DNA of 63,917 bases, the filler included, from Octopus bimaculoides (Eukaryota), in NCBI RefSeq assembly GCF_001194135.2. It is 6 parts of 5 records of this genome, joined end to end, with 100 filler letters (N's around TTAATTAATTAA, not from the genome) between each part and the next. Parts side by side here need not be neighbours in the genome. Positions count along the whole stretch, not along the records: positions 49,730 to 57,206 come from NC_069006.1; positions 57,307 to 62,808 come from NC_068999.1; positions 62,909 to 63,917 come from NW_026435463.1; 3 more parts are not named here. One strand, written 5' to 3'. Position numbers and translations under genes: made by a program. Below are positions 53,589 through 63,917 of the stretch, piece after piece (position 1 is the first letter of the stretch; every line of letters starts with the position of its first letter). The notes below the pieces were generated by a model. The model ran no database searches, was not told the DNA's origin, and saw nothing but the letters and a program-made list of their open reading frames with translations.

Positions 53589-53732
53589 GTATATATGTAT
53601 ATATATGTATGTATGTGTATATATATACATATATATATGTATATGTGTATATATATATATGTATGTATATACATATGCATATGTGTATATATATACATAT
53701 ATACATATATATATATGTATATATATATATGT

Positions 53733-53820
<88 letters not shown>

Positions 53821-53889
53821 GTATATATGTATATGTATATATGTATATGTATATATATATATGTATATGTATATATATATGTATATGTT

Positions 53890-53922
<33 letters not shown>
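53452..53922. repeat. Long compound (TA)/(TATG) microsatellite
   Basis: About 470 bp; source of the YI/IY ORFs. Confidence 0.95.
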
Positions 53923-53925
<3 letters not shown>

Positions 53926-54224
53926 ACGCACACACACACACATATACATATTGTTGCATCTAGGGAGAGTCATTACGCCAATATTAACAACACACACACA
54001 CTGGTTCAATTCCACTCTTTTATTATTCACCGATCGTTTGTTTCACTTTTTTCTGCTTATTCCGTTTTTGTTTTTCGTCAAAGTCCCCTTGTCGTTTGCA
54101 ACCTTTTCAGTGACATTTCCCTTAGTCCGTTCCGGAGGCTGCGTTTATCCGTTTGAGACCTTGTTGAAAAAAAATTTTAAGTAAGACGACAGGGTGTGAA
54201 AAAGATAATGAACAGATGCTATTG

Positions 54225-54375
54225 CCAGATATGAAAACACTTTATTTTACGTTGCTCCTGTCTACTCAACTGTAAATGAGTAACCATGTTGCGGGTTGGC
54301 GTCCTGTTCAGGCACTTGTCTTGATCCCGATCACTTATACTCCACAGAAGCCTAATAACCAGCCCTACATATTTC
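54225..54375 (+). mobile_element. SINE family C fragment (CORE-like cagctgtaaatgagt segment)
   Basis: aacactttattttacgttgctcctgtctactcaactgtaaatgagtaac is homologous to the reverse complement of 55280-55360. Confidence 0.6.
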
Positions 54376-54389
54376 ACTTGACCAGAAAT

Positions 54390-54423
<34 letters not shown>

Positions 54424-54460
54424 CAACAACAACAACAACAATAGTAATGATAATAACAAT

Positions 54461-54823
54461 CCTTTCTAGTATCGGCACGGGGCCTGAAATTTTGGCAGTG
54501 GGAGCTATTCGTTACATCGATCTCAAGGCTTCCTTGGTACTTAACGACTCCGAAAGGATGAAAAGCAACGCTGACCTAGGCAGAATTTGAACTCGGAACG
54601 TAAAGACGGACGAAATGCAGCTAAGCATATTGTCCAGGAAATAATAATATTAATAATGATCATAATAATAATTATAATTATAAAGTTACACGAAAGACCC
54701 CCTCCAGTATCGACCTTACCTTTCATTCTTCGATGAATCAAGTACCAGTGAAACACTGAGGTCAATGTTATCGACTAATCCCTTCCCCAAAATTTCAGGC
54801 CTTGTGCCTTCAACAGAAAGGAT
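54461..54823. mobile_element. Inverted pair of SINE family A fragments (54461-54638 minus; 54692-54823 plus)
   Basis: Shared tail ccaaaatttcaggcc..gtgcc in opposite orientations. Confidence 0.8.
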
Positions 54824-55109
54824 TATTATTATTATTGTTATTATTATTATTACTATTACTATTATTATTATTATTATTATTATTATTATCATTATTATTA
54901 TCATCATCATCATCATCATCATCATTATTATCATCATCATCATCATTATTATCATCATCATTATTATTATTATCATCATTATTATACATTGATGATGGTG
55001 GTTGTGATGATGATAATGATGGTGGGGGCTAATGTTGAATATGATGTAGATGATGATGATGTTAGTGATTGTGGTGATGGCAGCGGTTCTGGCTATGGTG
55101 ATGTTGTTG

Positions 55110-55450
55110 TCGTTGTTTAACCCTAGGTCACCCTGATCCAAGAGATTTATAATCAAACACATTCCAGCTACAACGTTATGTCGTACGCTGCGTATCGGAA
55201 GAGTACTACATCCTCATCCTGAACCCCTGTTCATTACGGCCTCGAACCCTGGGACCGGTCACTCGGTTTCCTTCGTGTATAAGTGACCAGTCCGCAGCAG
55301 AGTTACTCCTTTACAGATGAGTGGACAGGAAGAACTTAAATTAAAGTGTTTTGCTAGCGGATACAATACACCACCCTGCTCAGGAATCGAAACCATGATC
55401 TCGCAATCGTGAGTGCAACACGTTTAACTACCAAGCTATGTACCTTCACT
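55110..55450 (-). mobile_element. SINE family C (tRNA head + CORE-like domain)
   Basis: Minus head gtgaaggtacatagcttggtagttaa...tggtttcgattcctgagc, then cactcatctgtaaaggagtaac. Confidence 0.7.
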
Positions 55451-55675
55451 ACATGACTACATTATGTGACAGTATTATATTTACTTTCTTTGTGTTTCTG
55501 TCCTGTTGCCAATGACGAGTTCTTTGGCCTCGCTTCTACAAAATGGTTGCCAATTACGTCTGTTAAACGATATCTGTTAACTTGACATCTGGCAATAACA
55601 TCTTTTCATTATCTACTTCACATCCTGTCATCCGACTTAGATTTTTGTCCATGAGATATATATATGTATACATAC

Positions 55676-55715
<40 letters not shown>

Positions 55716-56834
55716 NNNNNNNNNNNNNNNNNNNNNNNNNNNNNNNNNNNNNNNNNNNNNNNNNNNNNNNNNNNNNNNNNNNNNNNNNNNNNNNNNNNNN
55801 NNNNNNNNNNNNNNNNNNNNNNNNNNNNNNNNNNNNNNNNNNNNNNNNNNNNNNNNNNNNNNNNNNNNNNNNNNNNNNNNNNNNNNNNNNNNNNNNNNNN
55901 NNNNNNNNNNNNNNNNNNNNNNNNNNNNNNNNNNNNNNNNNNNNNNNNNNNNNNNNNNNNNNNNNNNNNNNNNNNNNNNNNNNNNNNNNNNNNNNNNNNN
56001 NNNNNNNNNNNNNNNNNNNNNNNNNNNNNNNNNNNNNNNNNNNNNNNNNNNNNNNNNNNNNNNNNNNNNNNNNNNNNNNNNNNNNNNNNNNNNNNNNNNN
56101 NNNNNNNNNNNNNNNNNNNNNNNNNNNNNNNNNNNNNNNNNNNNNNNNNNNNNNNNNNNNNNNNNNNNNNNNNNNNNNNNNNNNNNNNNNNNNNNNNNNN
56201 NNNNNNNNNNNNNNNNNNNNNNNNNNNNNNNNNNNNNNNNNNNNNNNNNNNNNNNNNNNNNNNNNNNNNNNNNNNNNNNNNNNNNNNNNNNNNNNNNNNN
56301 NNNNNNNATATACACACACACACGTTTATGAATTTGTGTTGTAAGATTCTTGGTGTGAAACCGTGTGTTGAAACAGATATTGTATTTCGGGACGGTCATT
56401 TTTTTTTGGGGGGGGGCAAATAATCACACGCATTATATATTCGTTCTTCACTCCTTTATTACTATATTTATTTTAACTCATGTCCATTAGCCAAAAATCT
56501 TTCGTCACACACCTGTCACCTCTTCAGCGACACTTTCCGTCTTCGTGTGTGCTCTTGCTTCCCTTATTCCATTCTGTTCTTCTACGATGTGTATCCTTAT
56601 ATGCGTATGCGTTTGCGTCTGTGTTTGTGTGTATGTGTGTGTGTGTGTATGGGTGTGTTTGTGTGTGTGTTCTTAGTAGCACCATGATCCTCCCCTCAGT
56701 CCTCTCCCCTCCCCCGTTGCCGCTGCTGCTGCCCTTGATCCCCGACTTTTGGTACCGTTCCTGTATCGCTGTGTTTTGTGTATTCGCCCACGCTGTTACC
56801 ATCGCGGTTGTTGTTGTTGTTGTTGTCATTTTGC

Positions 56835-56901
56835 TTTATGGACCTCCAAAAATTTTATATGGACCTCAAGGGTCTATATGAACCCGGGTTGAGAACCACT
56901 G
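56835..56901 (-). mobile_element. hAT-type MITE end fragment
   Basis: tatatggacctcaagggtctatatgaacccgggttgagaaccactg. Confidence 0.7.
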
Positions 56902-57920
56902 CTCTACATTATTTATAACGGGACTACATTAGAAAAATAGGGGACAAATTACCAAAACACAAACTATTCATGCTTTAGAACTTAAGCTCAGTCATTCAAA
57001 CTCCCTTTCACTCATTCTCTCTCTCCTCCTTCTCCTTCGCTTTATCTATCTCTATCTCTCTTTCCTTCTCTCTCGCTCTCTCACTCACTCTCTCTCTCTC
57101 TATCTCTCTCTCTCTTACTTCTCCCCTTTCTATTTCTCTCCATTTCTCCCTTTCTTTCTTCTCTCTTTGTTTTTCTCCCTCTCTATTTATCTCTCCGACC
57201 CCCCCCNNNNNNNNNNNNNNNNNNNNNNNNNNNNNNNNNNNNNNNNNNNNTTAATTAATTAANNNNNNNNNNNNNNNNNNNNNNNNNNNNNNNNNNNNNN
57301 NNNNNNATATATATATATATATATATATATACATACATATATATGTATGTATGAGTATGCATATATATGTATGTATGTATATACATGTATGTATATATAT
57401 GTATATATATACCATACCTTATATGCACACATATACATATATACACATGCATTCATATATGCACACACACACAGACACACACACACACACACACACACAC
57501 ACATTCTATTTACACGGTGAGTAAACAAATAATAATCATGAAATACTATTTCAAAAGCATTCAGTTTCCTGGGTGGAAATGTCGACATTTTTTGTGGGGT
57601 GTGATTTTCTTTTTGTTTTGTTTTTTTCCTTTTTGTTTGTAGTTTTGCTTTTATACTTTATTTCTTTGTCTGTTTGTCTACTCACTCATATTCACATCTT
57701 TCGAGAAATTGCATCTACGTTGAGGGTTGGAGAGCATGTCTATTGGTACTAGTTCGAATCACGTTAATGTTTGCCTGACATATCTTCAAAGGGGTTGTTC
57801 ATTATCCACACACGCGTGCGCACACGCACACACACACATAGACATATATAAAGTCTTTTGATCCGAATCGTTATTTGGCATCATATTCCAGCACCCCAGA
57901 CTAGTTTAGATACCAGTCTG

Positions 57921-58039
57921 AGAAGAAGAAGAAGAAGAAGAAGAAGAAGAAGAAGAAGAAGAAGAAGAAGAAGAAGAAGAAGAAGAAGAAGAAGAAGAAG
58001 AAGAAGAAGAAGAAGAAGAAGAAGAAGAAGAAGAAGAAG

Positions 58040-58068
<29 letters not shown>
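57921..58068. repeat. (AGA)n microsatellite, about 49 units
   Basis: Pure run. Confidence 0.95.
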
Positions 58069-58071
<3 letters not shown>

Positions 58072-58924
58072 TTATTATTATTATTATATACGTATTCGCT
58101 TCCATTGAAACAGATGTTACGGTCTCATGTTCTGAAAAAAAAACTGGTAATTGGATAATATTCTATTCTATAACTCAATATATGATATCTAATGACTATT
58201 TATTTTAATATCCGACACTCAGAAATAAACGCTGACACACAAACACACACACAAGAACAAATATATTTCAATAACAGTAAGTATATATATATATATATAT
58301 ATAAAAGGTATTGGGATCTAGAAGACCCAAAGAGTGGCAGGTAACGCTAAGTAAGTAAGCTCTTGGTTCGATAGTGATACGAGTGAGGNNNNNNNNNNNN
58401 NNNNNNNNNNNNNNNNNNNNNNNNNNNNNNNNNNNNNNNNNNNNNNNNNNNNNNNNNNNNNNNNNNNNNNNNNNNNNNNNNNNNNNNNNNNNNNNNNNNN
58501 NNNNNNNNNNNNNNNNNNNNNNNNNNNNNNNNNNNNNNNNNNNNNNNNNNNNNNNNNNNNNNNNNNNNNNNNNNNNNNNNNNNNNNNNNNNNNNNNNNNN
58601 NNNNNNNNNNNNNNNNNNNNNNNNNNNNNNNNNNNNNNNNNNNNNNNNNNNNNNNNNNNNNNNNNNNNNNNNNNNNNNNNNNNNNNNNNNNNNNNNNNNN
58701 NNNNNNNNNNNNNNNNNNNNNNNNNNNNNNNNNNNNNNNNNNNNNNNNNNNNNNNNNNNNNNNNNNNNNNNNNNNNNNNNNNNNNNNNNNNNNNNNNNNN
58801 NNNNNNNNNNNNNNNNNNNNNNNNNNNNNNNNNNNNNNNNNNNNNNNNNNNNNNNNNNNNNNNNNNNNNNNNNNNNNNNNNNNNNNNNNNNNNNNNNNNN
58901 NCATATATATATATATATATATAC

Positions 58925-59280
58925 ATTAGACAAAAAGAGATAACAAAGACAAGGCTATGAGGAGTTTTCAGGACATTTATAAAGAAGGAGATATAGATAT
59001 AGTCTTACAGCTGTTTCTGGGATATTATGGATATCTCTTCATCAGAGACTGTGAGAGATGGTTAAATAGAGGTGAATATTTGAGTTCGAAATAAGGAATT
59101 ATTATGGAAAAGGAGGGGATAGGGAATATAGAGGGAAATAAGAGAATCAAAGTTGAAATAGAAATATAAAACATTGTAGTTTCAGTACCATTATTCGAGC
59201 GAAGTGGTGTGTAGAAGTGGTAAAAAGTTTCCTGTACATGGTATGTAAGTTCCAATAGTAGTTCATATTTAGTCATTTCT
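58925..59280 (-). mobile_element. Penelope-like terminal repeat carrying a hammerhead ribozyme
   Basis: Shares a segment with 965-1040; contains the motif at 59001-59050. Confidence 0.6.
59001..59050 (-). ncRNA. Minimal type I hammerhead ribozyme, catalytic core intact
   Basis: AGTCT-CTGATGA-A-GAGATAT(CCATA)ATATCCC-A-GAAAC-AGCT-GTA-AGACT. Perfect 5-bp stem I, CUGAUGA, 6/7-bp stem II, GAAA, palindromic ACAGCUGU helix III, GUA cleavage triplet (cut between 59006 and 59005). Confidence 0.75.
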
Positions 59281-59639
59281 ATGTATGGAGCCTTAATAAC
59301 AACATTTTAAAGTCATTATCATAATTAATTCAATTTATTCATGCAGAGAATTTATTATAACGAATTTAAAGTCAGACTTTATAATCTTTTCAACGAAATA
59401 AAGAAATCTGTTCTGTGTTTATTCGGTTTTACACCTTTTCTCACAACAATCCGGGTAGTCTGCAAGGGGGTTCACTACCTCCATTTCGGTACAGTTCACA
59501 ATAAACATTGGGGGGCACCTATGGTAAAGGAATAAAATAGAAATATTGAAATGAAAGAAACGATTTGGCTGTATTAGAAATATGACATAATTTAATCATC
59601 TCTGAAGATAGTTGCTGTGACTGCGGCTGCATTTGTTGT

Positions 59640-59820
59640 TGTTTATTTCGTTATTGTCCACAGGGACTAAACATAGAGGGGACTAAACATAGAGGGGACT
59701 AAACATAGAGGGGACTAAACATAGAGGGGACAAAACAAGGACAGACAAAGAGATTAAGTCGTCTACATCGACGCCAGTGCGCAACTGGTACTTATTAAAT
59801 CGACCCTGAAAGAATGAAAG
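59640..59820 (-). mobile_element. SINE family A 3' half with a 4x 16-bp tandem expansion (59663-59726, gggactaaacatagag)
   Basis: The unit is single-copy in 9524-9758 and repeated four times here. Confidence 0.85.
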
Positions 59821-60021
59821 TGATTGTTGCTTTTTTTTTACTATGATGTGATTTTAAGGTTGCGTTTCAGGAGATTTGGCTGGTGTGTCTAGCAGATAAT
59901 TTGACCTTCTAGATCAGGCTTAGACAAACTTTTAGAGAATCGAGCAGCCTGACACATGGCCCATCATCAGGCAAGCCGAACATGTATAGAATTCAAGGTT
60001 ATTCTTGGCATGGTGTTCCAT

Positions 60022-60055
60022 TCAGAATGTCCCGCGGGACTCACTTTGCCCATGA
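60022..60055 (-). CDS. Candidate terminal exon of the Cys-rich gene: (T)HGQSESRGTF*
   Basis: Acceptor gcttctataacag|, phase-compatible with the 60149 donor (93-bp intron), ends in TGA. Confidence 0.3.
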
Positions 60056-60148
60056 CTGTTATAGAAGCTCCTTCGTTGTATGTAAAGGATAAGGTGTATG
60101 TGTACTTATGGTAGCTTGTTGTATATGTACAGTTTCGATGTTACTTAC

Positions 60149-60275
60149 GTATAACAGTTCCACGTTGGTTGTGAAGTTGACAATGCGGATGAATTGTCGG
60201 GTGCATTACATATGCACATCCCACATCCTCCATCCATATTATAAGATGTACCGTACGTAACATTGTCTGGACACC
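60149..60275 (-). CDS. Cys-rich exon (127 bp): GCPDNVTYGTSYNMDGGCGMCICNAPDNSSALSTSQPTWNCYT, VWC/pacifastin-like
   Basis: Acceptor tcttctag|, consensus donor AC|gtaagt, open frame, C-x15-CxxCxC-x17-C with W two residues before the last Cys, phase 1-2. Confidence 0.7.
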
Positions 60276-61205
60276 CTAGAAGATATATATATATATCATT
60301 AATATCTGCTACATATGTGGAAACGTGAGTAGAACTCATATCTGGAAAACTAGTGACGTACTTAGAGTGGTAAAAAAATCGATAACATTCAAAGGAAATA
60401 ACCCATTCATGTTCGTAAATTATTTCGTATAAATCAAATTGAGTATGCATATTTCTTAGTATTTGAACTATTTATTTTCACAATTTATCCAGTACAACCC
60501 TTAAACAAGTAAATTTTACCTTCCTAAACAATATATCCACTTATTTCGGTTAGTGATTTATTCATGAATATACCAACACTAGCGCCGCTGAGGGTAATAT
60601 TCTCTGCGAATGCACAAAAGCTTTTTTTCAGAGTTATTTACTTTGAATTTTTATTATCTCATATCTGATTAGCCTGTTATTACGTAACATGCTTCACGAT
60701 TTTACTATACCTACCTTATTAGTATTCACTCCTAAGTTCTATATACTCTGGGAACCTATTAAAGCACTTTTCGGGGCTACTTTATTTGAATTCTTACTAA
60801 TTTCATGTTATAACATAACTGACTTCACAATTTGCGTATTCATAACTTATTGGGAATTCCTAAAACAAGATCCTGTGTAAGACAGTTCAGTATTCTCTGT
60901 AAATGCACAAAACCCGTTGTAAGGGCTACATACTCTGTATTGTTGTTACTGGATTAGCTAAACAATTATTAGAACGGAACTAAGGGATAAACCCCGCTTT
61001 CCCGACAATTACCGGGTACGTCATCTAGTACATCTATATGTGTGAGTGTATNNNNNNNNNNNNNNNNNNNNNNNNNNNNNNNNNNNNNNNNNNNNNNNNN
61101 NNNNNNNNNNNNNNNNNNNNNNNNNNNNNTATATATATATATATATATACATAATAATACAAATGATATGTGAGCATATGAATATACATACATATATGTA
61201 CATAC

Positions 61206-61284
61206 CTACATCTACATGAATATTTAGATGCATATCCGAGTACAAGACTTCAAAAAAAACGTGGGCAAAAAGGAACGGGAACAT
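61206..61284 (-). CDS. Candidate first coding exon: MFPFLFAHVFFEVLYSDMHLNIHVDV(G)
   Basis: ATG, hydrophobic N-terminus, donor G|gtatgt in phase 1, matching exon 60275. Weak signal-peptide character. Confidence 0.25.
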
Positions 61285-61602
61285 AAACAAAGCACAAAAA
61301 ACGAACTTTTTTACGGACAACAGAATGAACACATAGGAAAACAGACAAGCCACATATGGAACTTTTCCTTCATCAGCTGCCTCTATTCTAAACTAGGCGT
61401 TTCGAAGATGAGGCAGAATGCACTCTTAGAATATCTCTTCCCGCGGAGCAAATTAACTGAAACCTGCTATGCGGAGGATTCCAAAGTAGCAAAGAAAAAC
61501 CAACACAGGGGATACTGAACGCTGTGATGCGACGAACTTGAGCAGAGAGAGATAGCAGTTCGTGTTGCCTTTATGCTGGCCGAATGGAGAAAGGAAGAAC
61601 TG

Positions 61603-61633
<31 letters not shown>

Positions 61634-62022
61634 AATACTTTGTATCGTGTGTTTATTACAGAAAGCTCTTTTAAGGAATTCGGCTATCAGACGACATAGT
61701 AATCCAGTACACATAATTGTAATATAGAATGTCCATAAAACTGAAATCCAAAATACTTATTAATAAAGTTGCTTCAATGAGGTTATATAAGCCATAAAAG
61801 CTAAGAATATATAAGAGATGAATATATTTATTTAAACAATTGACACCCTTAGGTTTGCGGTCGTTTCGCACATTTCTTCATGTTTTAATAATTCTTTTGT
61901 GGAATAAAGCAATGTTTGCATTAATATGTATGCTATACAATATATAATATAATTGTATATTCGCCAATAAATGCAAATAAAGAAAGCTTGCTCATCAGAT
62001 CTCACAAATCATGGACACACTG

Positions 62023-62082
62023 ACGATTCAACATATACATATACGATTCAACATATACATATACGATTCAACATATACATAT
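62023..62082. repeat. 3x 20-bp tandem repeat acgattcaacatatacatat
   Basis: Exact copies. Confidence 0.95.
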
Positions 62083-62230
62083 ACGTACATATACAAAGTT
62101 TTCCCGACAGAAAGTCAAGAAGTTGAGTCCCTAGATTGATCTTTCCCAAGAAGAATTTTGAATCTTGACATATAAAGAGAACAGAATGACACAAACCGAA
62201 AAACGAATAATTTTATACATGAACATGTAT

Positions 62231-62321
<91 letters not shown>

Positions 62322-62322
<1 letters not shown>

Positions 62323-62552
62323 TGGAAAGAAATATGGTCGATGAAGGAACAACCTCAGTAAAAGTCTATCAAAACAACGAACTCAGCACTTGAACAACTC
62401 TGGACCCTGAAGAGGTCACCCACGCACTGCAAAAGTTAAGCAACTGGAAGACACCCGGGCGTGATAGGATCCCAAACTTCTGGTTAAAATATTTGACAGG
62501 AACACATAAAATGCTGGCTGAAAAATCATCATCATCATTATTATTATTATTA

Positions 62553-62623
<71 letters not shown>

Positions 62624-62790
62624 AGTATATAGCATACAGGAAATAACACTACTAGGCACTGCACACATCCTACGTAAAACACTTTCAATACAGTAACATT
62701 AAGAGTATCACAACAAATTATAGCACATAGCCAAGGCACACAGAGCTGCGCTCGGTAGTGCAGTGAAAGCACGTGATAAAAATAAGACTA
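62322..62790 (+). mobile_element. R4/Dong-like fragments (RT N-terminus and ORF C-terminus + 3'UTR) embedded in (TAA)n
   Basis: 62409: EEVTHALQKLSNWKTPGRDRIPNFWLKYLTGTHKMLAE. After the (ATT)n tract: IQEITLLGTAHILRKTLSIQ* (stop 62694-62696). Confidence 0.8.
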
Positions 62791-63346
62791 CTGAATAATA
62801 ATAATAACNNNNNNNNNNNNNNNNNNNNNNNNNNNNNNNNNNNNNNNNNNNNTTAATTAATTAANNNNNNNNNNNNNNNNNNNNNNNNNNNNNNNNNNNN
62901 NNNNNNNNCACGCACGCACGCACACAAACACACTTAAATGGAAGTACATTATCACGCATGCGTAAACACTAATTCTTGCACACGTACACACCGACACACA
63001 TGTACAATTAATATGCATAAATATCAAATATGCACAAATGAGTTACATACACATTTCACAGCTTGATATGCATACAAGATATACAACACTTACCGCCTCC
63101 ACACACACATAAATACACATACACACACACACATAAACGGAAATTTGTATATGTATATATCTATATTTATGTGTGTGCGTGCAAATTATAATTTGCAACA
63201 TATATATACTTGTATTTATTATGTAAGAGATATGTAAAATGTTGCTTTATTATGTATGTCATATGTATGACTGTATTATCATATTCATACGTATGTTATA
63301 TCATGCATATATCATTTGAATTATGGAAGTATACAGATAAACAATA

Positions 63347-63407
<61 letters not shown>

Positions 63408-63515
63408 ATCTGTTCATATAATCGTAATTACATACTTGCGTGTGTGTGTATCGACATACTTAAATATATACGTATATATATGCATATATTTATATACACA
63501 CACATATATATATGC

Positions 63516-63558
<43 letters not shown>

Positions 63559-63745
63559 CATCTGTCTATATATATATATATCTGTACATGTTTGTATATG
63601 TGTGTGTGTGTGTGTTTATGTGTGTACATACATACATACATATATACATATACATGATCCATATATATGTATATATATATATGTATATATACACACACAT
63701 ACATACATATGTACATAGGTATGTATATAGGTATGTATATATGTT

Positions 63746-63803
<58 letters not shown>

Positions 63804-63917
63804 TGTATTTGATGCATATATTTAAAACGGGGTGTCTGCACGTGCATAATTGCATACATGCTTTTTTTAAATATATGTATGTATATATGTATATATATAT
63901 GTGTGTGTGTGTGTGTG

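Noticed and set aside
53431-54184. Long ORFs rich in YI/HT/CV/poly-L/poly-I/poly-N/poly-R and X residues across the window
   Set aside because: Translations of microsatellites and N gaps; no coding evidence.
56524-56829. Minus-strand ORF with GSSSGNGGG
   Set aside because: Flanked by and partly made of microsatellites; no splice sites or recognisable domain.
61340-61410. CTGATGA and GAAAC on the minus strand suggesting a permuted hammerhead
   Set aside because: No stem I, no NUH triplet, and stem II pairing is inadequate.

Overview
AT-rich eukaryotic draft-scaffold window, saturated with microsatellites and N gaps. The repeat families look like those of octopus (coleoid cephalopod); this is recalled, not database-checked. 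Almost all ORFs in the supplied track are microsatellite or gap artefacts. Supported content: (1) four phase-0 Gly-X-Y exons (45, 126, 45, 63 bp) of a plus-strand, probably non-fibrillar collagen at 43.6-49.1 kb, with one Gly->Ala interruption and one in-helix Cys; its start and end are not visible. (2) A splice-site-bounded minus-strand exon at 60149-60275 with a VWC/pacifastin-like C..CxxCxC..WxC pattern, i.e. a second gene antisense to the collagen and possibly nested in it. (3) Decayed retroelements: Penelope-like (RT + GIY-YIG), R4/Dong-like, CR1/L2-like, Tx1/L1-like and an RTE-like tail. (4) A decayed hATm-like transposase and a hAT-type MITE family. (5) Many copies of at least three tRNA-derived SINE families. 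The most notable unannotated signal is a set of minimal type I hammerhead-ribozyme motifs from three repeat families; the one at 59001-59050 (minus) has an intact catalytic core. There is also a perfect 35-bp fold-back at 17.8-18.0 kb and a GC-rich structured island just upstream of a collagen exon. No intact RNA gene, CRISPR array or prokaryotic system is seen. Repeat boundaries were placed by eye (about +/-10-20 bp); exon and ribozyme coordinates were counted base by base.
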